Origin: an uncultured delta proteobacterium
Lineage (GTDB): Bacteria; Myxococcota_A; Polyangia; Polyangiales; Polyangiaceae
Assembly: GCA_963782055.1 (NCBI GenBank)
Contig: CAWAIF010000003.1
Span: forward strand, 5,376,001 to 5,440,000
DNA length: 64,000 nt
Direction of reading: 5' to 3'
Notes under the pieces: generated by a model
Seen by the model: the letters and a program-made list of their open reading frames with translations, nothing else
What the model was told of the DNA's origin: nothing
Database searches by the model: none
Shown here: piece after piece, positions 40,254 through 54,271 of the stretch
Layout: each line of letters starts with the position of its first letter
Position numbering within the stretch: the first letter of the stretch is position 1
Translations under genes and position numbers: made by a program

Positions 40254-42383
40254 ATGACGCTCACGTCGGCGGGCAAGGCCCCCTCCCCTCCGCTTGGCAG
40301 GTCGCGCTCAGGGCGCTTCGGGTCGCTCTTCATCGTGACGGCGATCGTCGCGTCGCTCGGTGCGGCCCGCGTCGCGCGCGCGCAGGGAGCGCCGCCGCCC
40401 GCCGGTTCCGCTGCTGCCGCGTCCGCCGCGCCCTCGTCGAGCGCCGCCGCCGCCCCGCCCGCCGCGAGCAGCGCGCGCGCGCCGCTGGTCCCGCCCGCCG
40501 CGGCCGCCGGCACCGGCGCCGCGACGCCTCCGCCCGTCACCACCGCCGCGCCCGCCACGCCGCCCCCCGCCGCCCCCAACCCCGACGTCGGCTTCGACAA
40601 GGGCGAGCTCGCGCGCCAGGGCTACGAGCGCCCCTCCACCGACGGCAGCATCGCCGCCCGGCCGAACGAGGTGTTCAGCGAGGACTGGTGGGGCCGCACC
40701 CGCCCCATCCTGGAGCTGCACGGCTACTTCCGCACCCGCGCCGAGCTGTTCCACAACTTCGCCCTCGGCCGCCACGACGACCCCAGCGGCTCCGGGCAGA
40801 ACCTCTGGCCCCAGCCGCTCGACAACAGCTACACCAACTCCGCGGGCGACGCGCGCACCCTCGCCCTCTGCGGCGACGACGGCAAGCAGGCCTGCAAGGA
40901 CCAGACGGAAGCCGGCGCCAACATGCGCTTCCGCATCAACCCCGAGCTGCACATCTCGGACAACCTCTCCATCAAGGCGCAGATCGACGCCTTCGACAAC
41001 CTGGTGCTCGGCTCCACGCCGGACGCCTACGCGATCCAGCCCGGCGTCAACGGCGGCTACGCCCCCACCGGCAACGGCTACAACGGCTACGCCCCCCTCG
41101 GCGGCTTCTCCACCACGCAGGGCCCGCCCACCGCCGGCATCAACAGCTTCGAGAACTCGGTCGCCTTCAAGCGCGCCTGGGCGGAGTACCTGACGCCCGT
41201 CGGCCAGCTGCGCTTCGGCCGCATGCCCAACCAGTGGGGCCTCGGCATGCTCGCCAACAGCGGCGACGACATCGACAGCGACTACCAGTCGACGAGCGAC
41301 CGCATCATGTTCGTCACCGGCATCAAGTCGCTCGACCTGTACTTCGCCGGCATGTGGGACTTCGTCAGCAGCGGCCCCACCAACGCCTCCGCCTATGATC
41401 TCTACGGCGGCCAGCCCACCAACACGTGCAACCTCTGCAACGTGAACCAGTGGGGCGCGGTCATCGTGCACAAGACCAACCCCGAGACGCAGAAGCTCAC
41501 CCTCGCGCGCGGCGGCCTCGTCCTCAACGGCGGCGTCTTCACCATCCTGCGCAGCCAGTACCTGGACGTATCGGACGGCCAGACCCCCATCACCGCCGAC
41601 ACCAACCCCGCCTCCGGCAGCGGCATCAGCGGCCTGGAGCGCCGGGACGCGTGGGCGCTCATCCCCGACCTCTGGTTCCAGGCGCTCTACCGCAAGTTCC
41701 GCTTCGAGGCGGAGGGCGCGGCCATCATCGGGCAGCTCGGCGCGCTCCCCGGCGGCACCTTCAACGGCAGCCAGCGCACCGACATCCGCCAGTGGGGCCT
41801 CACGACGCAGACGGAGTACACCGCGGTGGAGGACAAGCTCCACCTGAACTTCGGCTTCGGCTACGCCAGCGGCGACCCGTGGGTGGAGGGCCTCAACCCC
41901 GGCTCGAGCGGCCTGCAACCCGAGCTCAACGGCAAGGGTCCCATCTCCACCTTCCACTTCCACCCGGACTACCGGGTCGACCTCATCTTCTTCCGCCACA
42001 TCCTCTCGCGCGTCGAGGGCGCCTACTACTTCCGCCCCAGCGTGAACTACGACTTCTTGCGCAACGCCAATGGCCAGAAGTTCGGCGGCGGCGCGGCCTT
42101 CATCTGGAGCCGCGCGAGCGAGTTCATCCAGACGCCGGGCAACAAGCCCGACCTGGGGGTCGAGCTCGATCTGCAGCTGTACTACCAGGCCAAGGACGGC
42201 TCGCTGAACAACAACCCCTCCAAGGTCGGCGGCTTCTACACGATGCTCCAGTACGGCGTCTTCTTCCCCCTCGGCGGCCTGGGCTACCTCCCCAAGGAGC
42301 AGGCGGCCGTGCCGGGCATCGCCGACGGCTGGGACCTCTCCAGCGCGCAGACAGTCCGCTGGTACCTCGGCGTCGTATATTGA
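40254..42383 (+). CDS. Myxobacterial outer-membrane beta-barrel protein (TIGR04551-like)
   Basis: Signal peptide, Pro/Ala linker, LHGYFRTRAELFHNF, FHPDYRVDLI, terminal aromatic residue. Confidence 0.7.
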   Translation: MTLTSAGKAPSPPLGRSRSGRFGSLFIVTAIVASLGAARVARAQGAPPPAGSAAAASAAPSSSAAAAPPAASSARAPLVPPAAAAGTGAATPPPVTTAAPATPPPAAPNPDVGFDKGELARQGYERPSTDGSIAARPNEVFSEDWWGRTRPILELHGYFRTRAELFHNFALGRHDDPSGSGQNLWPQPLDNSYTNSAGDARTLALCGDDGKQACKDQTEAGANMRFRINPELHISDNLSIKAQIDAFDNLVLGSTPDAYAIQPGVNGGYAPTGNGYNGYAPLGGFSTTQGPPTAGINSFENSVAFKRAWAEYLTPVGQLRFGRMPNQWGLGMLANSGDDIDSDYQSTSDRIMFVTGIKSLDLYFAGMWDFVSSGPTNASAYDLYGGQPTNTCNLCNVNQWGAVIVHKTNPETQKLTLARGGLVLNGGVFTILRSQYLDVSDGQTPITADTNPASGSGISGLERRDAWALIPDLWFQALYRKFRFEAEGAAIIGQLGALPGGTFNGSQRTDIRQWGLTTQTEYTAVEDKLHLNFGFGYASGDPWVEGLNPGSSGLQPELNGKGPISTFHFHPDYRVDLIFFRHILSRVEGAYYFRPSVNYDFLRNANGQKFGGGAAFIWSRASEFIQTPGNKPDLGVELDLQLYYQAKDGSLNNNPSKVGGFYTMLQYGVFFPLGGLGYLPKEQAAVPGIADGWDLSSAQTVRWYLGVVY

Positions 42384-42418
42384 CCGCCGCGAAATTGGGC
42401 GGACACTAGGCGGCGCGT

Positions 42419-43774
<1,356 letters not shown>

Positions 43775-43895
43775 GGATCGCCGCGGTCGGGGCATTCCAC
43801 CCCGCATTGCAGAACGCGCGAGACGACCTTCACATCTGCAACGAAGTGGCAGGCTCGAGCGGGGCTATCTTCCCGTTTTCTGGCGCCCCGAGGCA

Positions 43896-43910
43896 TGGCA
43901 CCACACTTGC
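43896..43910 (+). promoter_or_regulatory. sigma54 promoter
   Basis: TGGCAC-CACAC-TTGC consensus match, 32 bp upstream of ATG 43943. Confidence 0.75.
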
Positions 43911-43942
43911 GTAGGACCACTGCGGAAGGGAGTCCCGGGGTC

Positions 43943-44338
43943 ATGGCGCGCGTGCTCGTTGTCGACGACGATCGGTCTCACGCCAAGCAGCTGGCCATCG
44001 CGCTCCAGCTGGAGGGTATCGACGCGACGACAGCCGCGAGCGCCGCGGAGGCGGTGGAGGCCCTCTCCGCCGACCCGACCGATCTCGTCCTGCTCGAGCT
44101 CATGCTGCCCGGCACCAACGGCCTGGAGCTCGCCCGCTCCCTGCACACGCAGTTCCCGGACGTGCGCATCGTGCTGACCGGCGCGTACCACCTCTCCGAG
44201 CGGCAACTCGTGCGCTCCAACTGCGGCGCCCTCGGCTTCGTCCCCAAGCCCTGCAAGCCGGCGACCGTCGCCGAGTTCGTGCGGGGCAAGGTGCCGGCTT
44301 CCCCGCCCTCCAGCGCCCGCATCCCCTTCCCCCGGTAA
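43943..44338 (+). CDS. Single-domain receiver with Asp->Glu at the phosphoacceptor
   Basis: VVDDD, DLVLLELMLPG, LTG, KP. Confidence 0.85.
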   Translation: MARVLVVDDDRSHAKQLAIALQLEGIDATTAASAAEAVEALSADPTDLVLLELMLPGTNGLELARSLHTQFPDVRIVLTGAYHLSERQLVRSNCGALGFVPKPCKPATVAEFVRGKVPASPPSSARIPFPR

Positions 44339-44395
44339 AACGCGCGCATCGGCCCTCGACACGGCCGCCGCGGCGAGAAAAGATGGCGGTGCGCG

Positions 44396-46764
<2,369 letters not shown>

Positions 46765-46781
46765 TACCCTGCAGCTTCGCG

Positions 46782-48278
46782 ATGACGGAGCCGAAGAAGG
46801 GCCAGATGCTCGGCCGCATTCTCCTGCAGAGGAAGCTCATCTCGCAGGCCGAGCTGGACGACGCGCTCGTCGGCGCCAAGCGCGCGGGCAAGCCGCTCGC
46901 CTCGCAGCTCATCGACGAAGGGAAGCTCAAGGAGGTCGACGCCGTGCGCGCCCTCTCCGAGCAGCACGGCGTGCCGGGCATCGACCTCTCGCAGGTGGCC
47001 ATCCTCCTCGAGCACCTGGTGGTCCCGCGCGAGGTCGCGGAGGTGCACAAGATCCTGCCCGTGCTGGTGAAGGGCGACCGCCTCTTCCTCGCGATGGCCA
47101 ACCCCTCCGACAAGAAGGTCATCGACGAGCTGGAGTTCGTCACCGGCAAGAAGGTCTACGCCTACGTGGCCCTGAACACCGCCATCGCCCGGCGCATCGC
47201 CGGGGCGTACGACGCGCAGAGCCAGGGGGAGACCTATTACCTCGGCGAGAACGTCCCGCGCGAGACGCTCCAGCGGCTCGGCCTCACCAGCGACGCGGGC
47301 GCGACGAACGAGCGCCTCAGCATGCCGCCGGAGCCCCCCGCCCCCGTGGTCGACGAGGACACCCGCCGCTCGGCCGAGGACGTGGAGGTCACCACCGCGG
47401 ACTTCGGGCAGGTCGGCGCCGACCTCTCCGCCGTCGCGCAGCTCCCGCCCGAGCTTCAGGCCCAGCTCTCCGCCGCCCGCGAGAAGGCCACCGGCGCCCA
47501 GGGCAAGCTGGTCCTCGTCGTCGACGACGAGCAGGAGATCCGCCGCCTCCTCGCGCGCCTGCTCACCGAGAAGGGCTACCGCGTCGTCGAGGCCGACCGC
47601 GGCCTGCTCGCCCTGCGGATGGTGAAGGAGCACACCCCCAATCTCATCATCCTGGACGCCATGCTCCCCGAGCTGCACGGCTTCGACATCGCCCGCCGCA
47701 TCAAGGGCAGCGAGAAGTACGGCAACATCCCCATCATCATGATCAGCGCGGTCTACCGCGGCTGGCGCATCGCCGAGGACCTCAAGACCAGCTACGGCAT
47801 CGAGGCCTACCTGGAGAAGCCCTTCCGGCTCGCGGACGTGCTCGCCGCGGTGGCGCGCGCGCTCTCGGAGAGCGAGGAGCGACGCGGCGGCGCCCCGGAG
47901 CCCAACCGCGACGCCATGAGCGCCGCGGCGGAGCGGGCGCTGGCGGCGGGCGTGACGGCCTACAAGGCCGGCGACATCGACGCCGCCCTCGAGCACCTGA
48001 AGCGCGGCGTGACCATCGACCCTCTCGCCTACCGGCTGCGCTTTCACCTCGGGCTGCTCTACGGCAAGAAGGGCATGATGTACGAGGGCATCCAGGAGCT
48101 GGAGAAGGCGGTGGAGCTCAACCCCAAGGCCTTCCCCTCGCTCAAGAACCTGGCCGTCCTCTACGAGAAGGCCGGCTTCCGCCACCGCGCGGTGGAGGTG
48201 TGGGAGCGCTGCGTTTCCTGCGCCCCCGACGACACCACCCGCGAGCAGATCAAGCAGCACCTGATGGGGCTGTTGTAG
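46782..48278 (+). CDS. Multidomain regulator: MshEN/GSPII_N-like, receiver and TPR domains
   Basis: MLGRILLQRKLISQAELDDAL, AMANP; REC with DAMLP; C-terminal TPRs. Confidence 0.8.
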   Translation: MTEPKKGQMLGRILLQRKLISQAELDDALVGAKRAGKPLASQLIDEGKLKEVDAVRALSEQHGVPGIDLSQVAILLEHLVVPREVAEVHKILPVLVKGDRLFLAMANPSDKKVIDELEFVTGKKVYAYVALNTAIARRIAGAYDAQSQGETYYLGENVPRETLQRLGLTSDAGATNERLSMPPEPPAPVVDEDTRRSAEDVEVTTADFGQVGADLSAVAQLPPELQAQLSAAREKATGAQGKLVLVVDDEQEIRRLLARLLTEKGYRVVEADRGLLALRMVKEHTPNLIILDAMLPELHGFDIARRIKGSEKYGNIPIIMISAVYRGWRIAEDLKTSYGIEAYLEKPFRLADVLAAVARALSESEERRGGAPEPNRDAMSAAAERALAAGVTAYKAGDIDAALEHLKRGVTIDPLAYRLRFHLGLLYGKKGMMYEGIQELEKAVELNPKAFPSLKNLAVLYEKAGFRHRAVEVWERCVSCAPDDTTREQIKQHLMGLL

Positions 48279-48382
48279 GTGCAGAGGGAAAAAGAACCTT
48301 TGGGCTGCCCAAGCCGTCGGATTGTCCGTATGGTTGAAAGCCACGGCCTCGCCAGGGGCTCAGCCGCGCTCAGGACCGCCTC

Positions 48383-49987
48383 GTGAAATTCCTCTGCGAG
48401 CAGTGCAAGGCGAAGTATCAGATCGCCGACGAGAAGGTTGCGGGCAAGACCGTTCGCATGAAGTGCCGCAAGTGCGGCCACATGATCGAGGTCAAGGCCG
48501 AGGTCACCGAGACGAGCGTCAACAGCGCCCTTCCGCGCGGCGAGGACGACGACAAGACGAAGGTCGGCGTCGACGTCGCCTCCCTCCTCGGGACGATGGC
48601 CGCCCCGCGTCCCTCGCCCCCCGGCAAGCCCTCCACCTTGCCGGGCAGGCAGGCGCCGCGCCCGGGAGGCCTCGCCACCAGCCTCGCCGCCGCCAAGCCG
48701 CCGCCCCGCGCCGAGCGCAACGAGAGCGCCCTCGCCGGCGCCTTCCAGCGCAGCGTGCAGCGTCACGAGGAGCTCGCCCCGCTGGAGACGTCCAACGAGT
48801 GGTACGTCGCCATCAACGGCGTGCCCGTCGGGCCTGTCCGCCTGGGCGAGCTCCGGCGCAAGGCGGCCGCCGCCGCCGTGACCGAGGAGTCCCTCGTCTG
48901 GCAAGAGGGCATGGAGGAGTGGCGGCCCCTCAAGACCGTCCCCGATCTGCTCACCCTCGTGCGCGAGGCCGCCGCCTCGGAGCGTCCCTCGCTCGTCACC
49001 TCGCAGCCTCCCGGCGCCTACGGGCCGCGGCCGTCGCAGCCCTCCCGTCCGGCGATGTCCACTCGCCCCGACGCCCTGCGCTCCTCGCCCGCGCCGGCGG
49101 CCGTCGCGGCGGCGCGCAGCAACGTCGTCTCCATCGCCTCCCGCCTCGCCACGGCGGAGAAGCTGGAGCCAGAGCCCGCGCCCTCCATCGCGCCGGACCC
49201 CTTCGCCACCCCGCCGCCGCCGGATGCACCGCCGGCCGCCTCGCCGTTCGCCCCCGCTGCAGCTGCAGCGGGTGTCAGCTCCCCACTCGCCTCCCCGTTC
49301 CCCTCGTCGCCCCCGGTCCTGGAGGCCGCGGCGACGAAGAAGGGCCCGAACTGGATGGCCGTGGCGATGGTGGTGCTCGCCGCCGCCTTCGGCGTCACCG
49401 CGGCCATCGCCATCTTCGTCAAGCCCAGCGCACCGGCGGCGCCCGCGACGGTGGTGGTCACGCAGACCGTCCCCGCCGGCCAGACCGCGCCGCCCACGGC
49501 GACGGAGGCGCCCACCGCCACCGACGACACCGCCACCGCGCCGGAGCCGACGACCACCGGGAAGGTGGCCACCGGCGGCGGGACCCACACCCACACCACC
49601 GGGCCCGCGACGACGGCGAGCAGCAAGGTGGACCCGTCCATCGCCGCGCTGCTGGGCGGCCCCGGCACCGGCCCGTCCGTCGGCCCGTCGCACACCGGAT
49701 CGAGCAACCTCTCCGCCCTCAGCTCGGAGGCCATCTCCAACGTCGTCCGACAGCGCACCCCCGGCGTGAAGCGCACCTGCTGGGAGCGCGGCGGCGGCAC
49801 CGAGTCCAACGTCAACGTCCGCGTTCACCTGGTGATCGCCTCGACCGGCGGCGTCCGCAGCTCCTCGGCCGAGGGCAACGATCCCATCGTCACCCACTGC
49901 ATCGAGAACCAGACGCGCAGCTGGACCTTCCCGCCCTCCAGCGGGACCACCAACGTGGACATCCCCTTCCACTTCCTGCGCCAGTGA
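48383..49987 (+). CDS. GltJ/AgmX-like protein (Zn-ribbon, GYF_2, TM, TonB-C-like)
   Basis: MKFLCEQCKAKY...CRKCG; WYVAING...GP...VWQEGMEEW; TM; CWE...WTFP. Confidence 0.75.
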   Translation: MKFLCEQCKAKYQIADEKVAGKTVRMKCRKCGHMIEVKAEVTETSVNSALPRGEDDDKTKVGVDVASLLGTMAAPRPSPPGKPSTLPGRQAPRPGGLATSLAAAKPPPRAERNESALAGAFQRSVQRHEELAPLETSNEWYVAINGVPVGPVRLGELRRKAAAAAVTEESLVWQEGMEEWRPLKTVPDLLTLVREAAASERPSLVTSQPPGAYGPRPSQPSRPAMSTRPDALRSSPAPAAVAAARSNVVSIASRLATAEKLEPEPAPSIAPDPFATPPPPDAPPAASPFAPAAAAAGVSSPLASPFPSSPPVLEAAATKKGPNWMAVAMVVLAAAFGVTAAIAIFVKPSAPAAPATVVVTQTVPAGQTAPPTATEAPTATDDTATAPEPTTTGKVATGGGTHTHTTGPATTASSKVDPSIAALLGGPGTGPSVGPSHTGSSNLSALSSEAISNVVRQRTPGVKRTCWERGGGTESNVNVRVHLVIASTGGVRSSSAEGNDPIVTHCIENQTRSWTFPPSSGTTNVDIPFHFLRQ

Positions 49988-50118
49988 ACAGGCGGGCGGC
50001 GATGGCCGTCCCACCCTCGAGCGACCTGTAAGCTCCAGCCACGCTGGGCGTTTTGTCAACGTGCTTCCCAACGGGAGGCATCTCGGTACATTGCTGCCAT
50101 CACCGTCCCGGAGACCCG

Positions 50119-50853
50119 ATGACCATGCGCAAGACTCCGCTCCTCGCCCTCGCCGCCGCCGCCATCGTCCCGGTCTTCGCCTGCGGCGGCGGGGACAAGC
50201 CCGCCGACTCCCCGCAGCCGACCTACAGCGCGAGCGGGGCGTACAACCAGCCTCCCCCCGGCGGCTACCCGCCCGGAACCTACCCCCCGCCGAACAACGG
50301 CTACCCTCCCCAGAACGGCTACCCGCCGGCGGGCGGCACCGCGCCTCCTCAGGGCAGCGCGGCCCCCGCGGCGAGCGGCGGCCTGGCCGGCGTCCCGATC
50401 GATCCCAACCTGCTCCAGCAGATCACCGCGGCCGGCGCCGCGATGATGGGCCAGGGCGGCGTCGCCGTCGGCGACCCGACCGATGTCGGCCTCAAGGCGG
50501 CGGCGACGCGCTTCGCCATCGGCATGCAGCCGGAGGGTCAGGTCTACAAGGACAGCCTCCCCGCCGACGGCCACAAGGGCATCGTCGTCACGCTGCAGGG
50601 CGGCAAGTGCTACACGATCATCGCCTACTCACCCCCCGGCCAGGTCACCAACGTCGATCTCGTCCTGCTGGTGCCGCCCCTGTACACGATGGCCGCCGGC
50701 CAGGACGACACCGCCGACAACACCGCGGTCATCGGCAAGGGCCGCAAGCCGCTCTGTCCCTTCGCGCCCTTCCCCATCCAGTACAAGCTGGACGTCCACG
50801 CGAAGACCGGGCAGGGCGCCATCGCCGTGCAGGTCTACAGCAAGACGAAGTAG
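50119..50853 (+). CDS. Pro/Gly/Tyr-rich lipoprotein
   Basis: Lipobox VFAC, GYPP repeats, beta-rich C-terminal domain. Confidence 0.7.
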   Translation: MTMRKTPLLALAAAAIVPVFACGGGDKPADSPQPTYSASGAYNQPPPGGYPPGTYPPPNNGYPPQNGYPPAGGTAPPQGSAAPAASGGLAGVPIDPNLLQQITAAGAAMMGQGGVAVGDPTDVGLKAAATRFAIGMQPEGQVYKDSLPADGHKGIVVTLQGGKCYTIIAYSPPGQVTNVDLVLLVPPLYTMAAGQDDTADNTAVIGKGRKPLCPFAPFPIQYKLDVHAKTGQGAIAVQVYSKTK

Positions 50854-50899
50854 CGCCCGCCGCGCAGAACCGCCCCGCGCGTGGGACCGATGGGGCCCC

Positions 50900-51763
50900 A
50901 TGCGCGAGCTCCTCCCTCTCCACCCCGAATTTCCCAGAGAGCTCGGCGAGCTCAAGGGCCGCTACCGTTCCCTGTGGCTGGACGGCCACCTCGACCTCGA
51001 ACGCGAGCGCGTCGGCATCGTCGGCGCGCGCGCGGCCGGCCCGGAGGTGATCGCCTTCGTCGAGGAGATCGCCGAGAAGCTCGCCAGGGCGGGCCGCATC
51101 GTCGTGTCCGGCGGCGCGCTGGGGGTGGACTCCGCCGCCCACCGCGGCGCGATGCGGGCCGGGCCCGGCTCCACCTGGGTCGTCGCGCCCAGCGGCCGCG
51201 AGCACCCCTTCCCGCCCACCAACGCAGACTTCTTCAAGGAGCTCGTCGCCAGCGGCAACACCATCCTCTCGCAGTACCCGCCGGACACGCCCCCGATGCC
51301 GGCGCGCTTTCTGGCGCGCAACCGGGTGCTGGTGACCCTCTGCAAGACCCTCATCGTGGCGCAGGCCGGGCCGCGCTCCGGCGCGCTCAACGCCGCCACC
51401 TGGGCGCGGAGGCTGCAGAAGGACCTCTGGATCGTGCCCGGTCCGCCCTGGCTGGAGGGCTTCGAGGGCTCCTACGCGATGCTCGATCGGGGCCTGGGCA
51501 GGGTCCTGCGGCGCAAGGCCGACCTCTACCGCAGCCTGGGCGTGGCCCATGAGCCCGCCCCCGCCCTGCCCGATGTGGACCTCACCCCGGAGCAGGCAGC
51601 GGTGCTGAAAGCCCTCGATTTCGGCCCCCGCCACCTCGACGAGATCATCGCCTCCACCGGCCTCGGTGCCCCAGCCGTATCGACGGCGCTCTTGACGCTC
51701 GCCTTGGAGAACGTAGTAGTAGAGGACCCTCCGTCGGCCACCTACCGTCGGAGGAGCATCTAA
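50900..51763 (+). CDS. dprA: DNA-processing protein DprA
   Basis: IVGAR, VSGGALGVDSAAH, FLARNR, SGAL, C-terminal wHTH; upstream of topA. Confidence 0.92.
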   Translation: MRELLPLHPEFPRELGELKGRYRSLWLDGHLDLERERVGIVGARAAGPEVIAFVEEIAEKLARAGRIVVSGGALGVDSAAHRGAMRAGPGSTWVVAPSGREHPFPPTNADFFKELVASGNTILSQYPPDTPPMPARFLARNRVLVTLCKTLIVAQAGPRSGALNAATWARRLQKDLWIVPGPPWLEGFEGSYAMLDRGLGRVLRRKADLYRSLGVAHEPAPALPDVDLTPEQAAVLKALDFGPRHLDEIIASTGLGAPAVSTALLTLALENVVVEDPPSATYRRRSI

Positions 51764-51846
51764 GTACCTGATTTTACGTACGCTTTGACCTTCGGACACG
51801 TCGTCCGGCCCCTGGCGTGGTGGGGCGCCACTGGAAACCGACGAGA

Positions 51847-54228
51847 ATGGGCAAGACACTCGTAGTCGTGGAATCGCCTGCCAAGGCGAAGACCATCAAG
51901 AAGTACCTCGGCGCGGGGTACGAGGTGATGGCGTCCAAGGGACACATCAAAGATCTGCCCAAGAAGATGGGCGTCGACTTCGAGCACGGATTCCAGGAAA
52001 CGTACGAGATCATTCAAGGAAAAGAGAAGGTCCTGCAGGAGCTGAAGGGCGCCGCCCGCAGCGCCGACGAGGTCCTGCTCGCCACCGACCCCGACCGTGA
52101 GGGGGAGGCCATCGCCTGGCACCTCTCGGAGGAGCTGGGGAAGAAGGCGGCCAAGCGGGTCGAGTTCCACGAGATCACCAAGGCGGGGGTGGAGCGTGGG
52201 GTGGCCCATCCGCGCGCCCTCAACAAGCAGCTCTATGACGCCCAGCGCGCCCGCCGCGTGCTGGACCGCATCGTCGGCTACGACGTCTCCGCGCTGGTGT
52301 GGTCCAAGCTGGCCTTCGGCCTGTCCGCGGGGCGCGTGCAGAGCGTCGCGCTGCGCCTCATCGTCGACCGCGAGCGGGAGATCGAGGCGTTCAAGCCGGA
52401 GGAGTACTGGAACGTCGGCGCCTGGCTGCGCGAGACGGACGGCAAGCACCCCTTCTACGGGCGCCTCTCCCAGCGCGACGGCAAGAAGCTCGAGGTCAAG
52501 GACGGTCAGACGGCCGCGGAGGTGCGCGCCGACCTGGAGGCCGCCACCTTCGTCGTCTCCAAGATCACCAAGACCGAGCGCAAGCGAAAGGCGCTCGCCC
52601 CCTACACGACCAGCAAGCTCCAGCAGGACGCGGTCAACCGCCTGGGCTTCGGCGCCAAGCGCACCATGCAGATCGCGCAGGGCCTCTACGAGGGCGTCGA
52701 CCTCGGCAAGGACGGCGGCCCTGTCGGCCTCATCACGTACATGCGCACCGACTCCACGCGCCTCTCGCCCGACGCGGTCAACGCCGCGCGCGAGTATGTC
52801 GCCAAGAAGTACGGCAAGGAGTACGTCCCCGCGCAGCCGAACGTCTTCAAGTCGAAGAAGGGCGCGCAGGACGCGCACGAGGCCATCCGCCCGACGTCGG
52901 TGGACCTGCCGCCGGAGTCGGTGCGCAAGCACCTCAAGGACGACCAGTTCAAGCTGTACAAGCTCATCTGGGACCGCTTCCTCGCGAGCCAGATGAGCGA
53001 GGCGATCTACGACCAGACCGGCGTGGACATCGAGGCGAAGAACGCAGCGGCCCCCACGCCCCGCGTCTACGCGCTGCGCGCCGGCGGCCGGGTGCTCAAG
53101 TTCCCCGGGTGGCTGGCCGCCTACGGCGCCGCCGAGACGCGGCAGAACTCGATGGCCGGCGAGGAGGCCGACGAGAAGACAGAGGCGCAGGCCCCGGCCG
53201 AGAGCGACGAGGCCACGCTGCCCGAGCTGAAGGAGGGCGAGGCCCTCGCGCTCAGCGCGCCGCCTGGCGTCGTCACCGACCAGAAGTTCACCCAGCCGCC
53301 ACCCCGCTACAACGAGGGCTCGCTGGTGCGGGAGCTGGAGGAGCGCGGCATCGGCAGGCCCAGCACGTACGCCGACATCATCAGCAAGGTGCAGGCGCGC
53401 GACTACGTCGAGAAGATGGACGCCCGCTTCAAGCCGACGACGCTCGGCATGTTCGTGGTGGACGGCCTGGTGCAGAGCAAGCTGGACTTCATCGACCCGG
53501 CGTTCACCTCCCACATGGAAGAGGAGCTGGACGAGGTGGAGGCCGGCAAGGAGGAGCGCACCGTGCTGCTCGGTCGCTTCTACAAGCGCTTCCGCGCGCA
53601 GCTCGACGCCAGCAAGAAGGGCAAGCGCTGGAACCCCGAGCCCGTGCCCACCGGCGAGAAGTGCGACGTCTGCGGCACCGGGGAGATGATGAAGCGCTGG
53701 TCGAAGAACGGCTGGTTCCTCGGCTGCACCAACTACCCCAAGTGCAAGAACACGCGCGACCTCGGCCCGGACGGCACCGGCACCACGCAGGTCATCACCG
53801 ACGTCGTCTGCGACAAGTGCGGCAAGCCTATGTCCATCCGCAGCGGGCGCTACGGCGAATTTCTGTCCTGCACCGGCTACCCCACCTGCAAAAACACCAA
53901 GCCGGTCCCGCTCGGAGTGGCCTGCCCCAAGTGCGGCGGCGACATCATCGAGATCCGGCCGAAGAAGAAGGGCGGTCGCACCTTCTACGGTTGCTCCAAC
54001 TGGAACAACGAGACCATCAAGTGCGACTTCAAGCTCTGGCAGAAGCCCATCAAGGAGGAGTGCCCGGTCTGCGGCGCCAAGTTCCTGGTGCGCGGCGGGA
54101 GCAAGCTGAAGCCGATGGTCATGTGCGCCAACAAGGAGTGCGGCTACAAGCGCTCGGCCGACCAGCCCGCGGAGACGCCCGCCGCCGCGCCGCCGCCCGC
54201 CGACGGCGCCGCCCACCCGACGCCCTGA
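51847..54228 (+). CDS. topA: DNA topoisomerase I
   Basis: VESPAKA, DPDREGE, SAGRVQS, ITYMRTDS, GIGRPSTY, C-terminal Zn ribbons. Confidence 0.99.
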   Translation: MGKTLVVVESPAKAKTIKKYLGAGYEVMASKGHIKDLPKKMGVDFEHGFQETYEIIQGKEKVLQELKGAARSADEVLLATDPDREGEAIAWHLSEELGKKAAKRVEFHEITKAGVERGVAHPRALNKQLYDAQRARRVLDRIVGYDVSALVWSKLAFGLSAGRVQSVALRLIVDREREIEAFKPEEYWNVGAWLRETDGKHPFYGRLSQRDGKKLEVKDGQTAAEVRADLEAATFVVSKITKTERKRKALAPYTTSKLQQDAVNRLGFGAKRTMQIAQGLYEGVDLGKDGGPVGLITYMRTDSTRLSPDAVNAAREYVAKKYGKEYVPAQPNVFKSKKGAQDAHEAIRPTSVDLPPESVRKHLKDDQFKLYKLIWDRFLASQMSEAIYDQTGVDIEAKNAAAPTPRVYALRAGGRVLKFPGWLAAYGAAETRQNSMAGEEADEKTEAQAPAESDEATLPELKEGEALALSAPPGVVTDQKFTQPPPRYNEGSLVRELEERGIGRPSTYADIISKVQARDYVEKMDARFKPTTLGMFVVDGLVQSKLDFIDPAFTSHMEEELDEVEAGKEERTVLLGRFYKRFRAQLDASKKGKRWNPEPVPTGEKCDVCGTGEMMKRWSKNGWFLGCTNYPKCKNTRDLGPDGTGTTQVITDVVCDKCGKPMSIRSGRYGEFLSCTGYPTCKNTKPVPLGVACPKCGGDIIEIRPKKKGGRTFYGCSNWNNETIKCDFKLWQKPIKEECPVCGAKFLVRGGSKLKPMVMCANKECGYKRSADQPAETPAAAPPPADGAAHPTP

Positions 54229-54259
54229 CCTCACCCCGAGCTCTCCACCGCGTGGAGAG
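54229..54259. repeat. REP-like hairpin between converging genes
   Basis: CCTCACCCC then CTCTCCAC-CGC-GTGGAGAG; resembles the 38703 element. Confidence 0.55.
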
Positions 54260-54271
54260 GAGGCGAGGCGC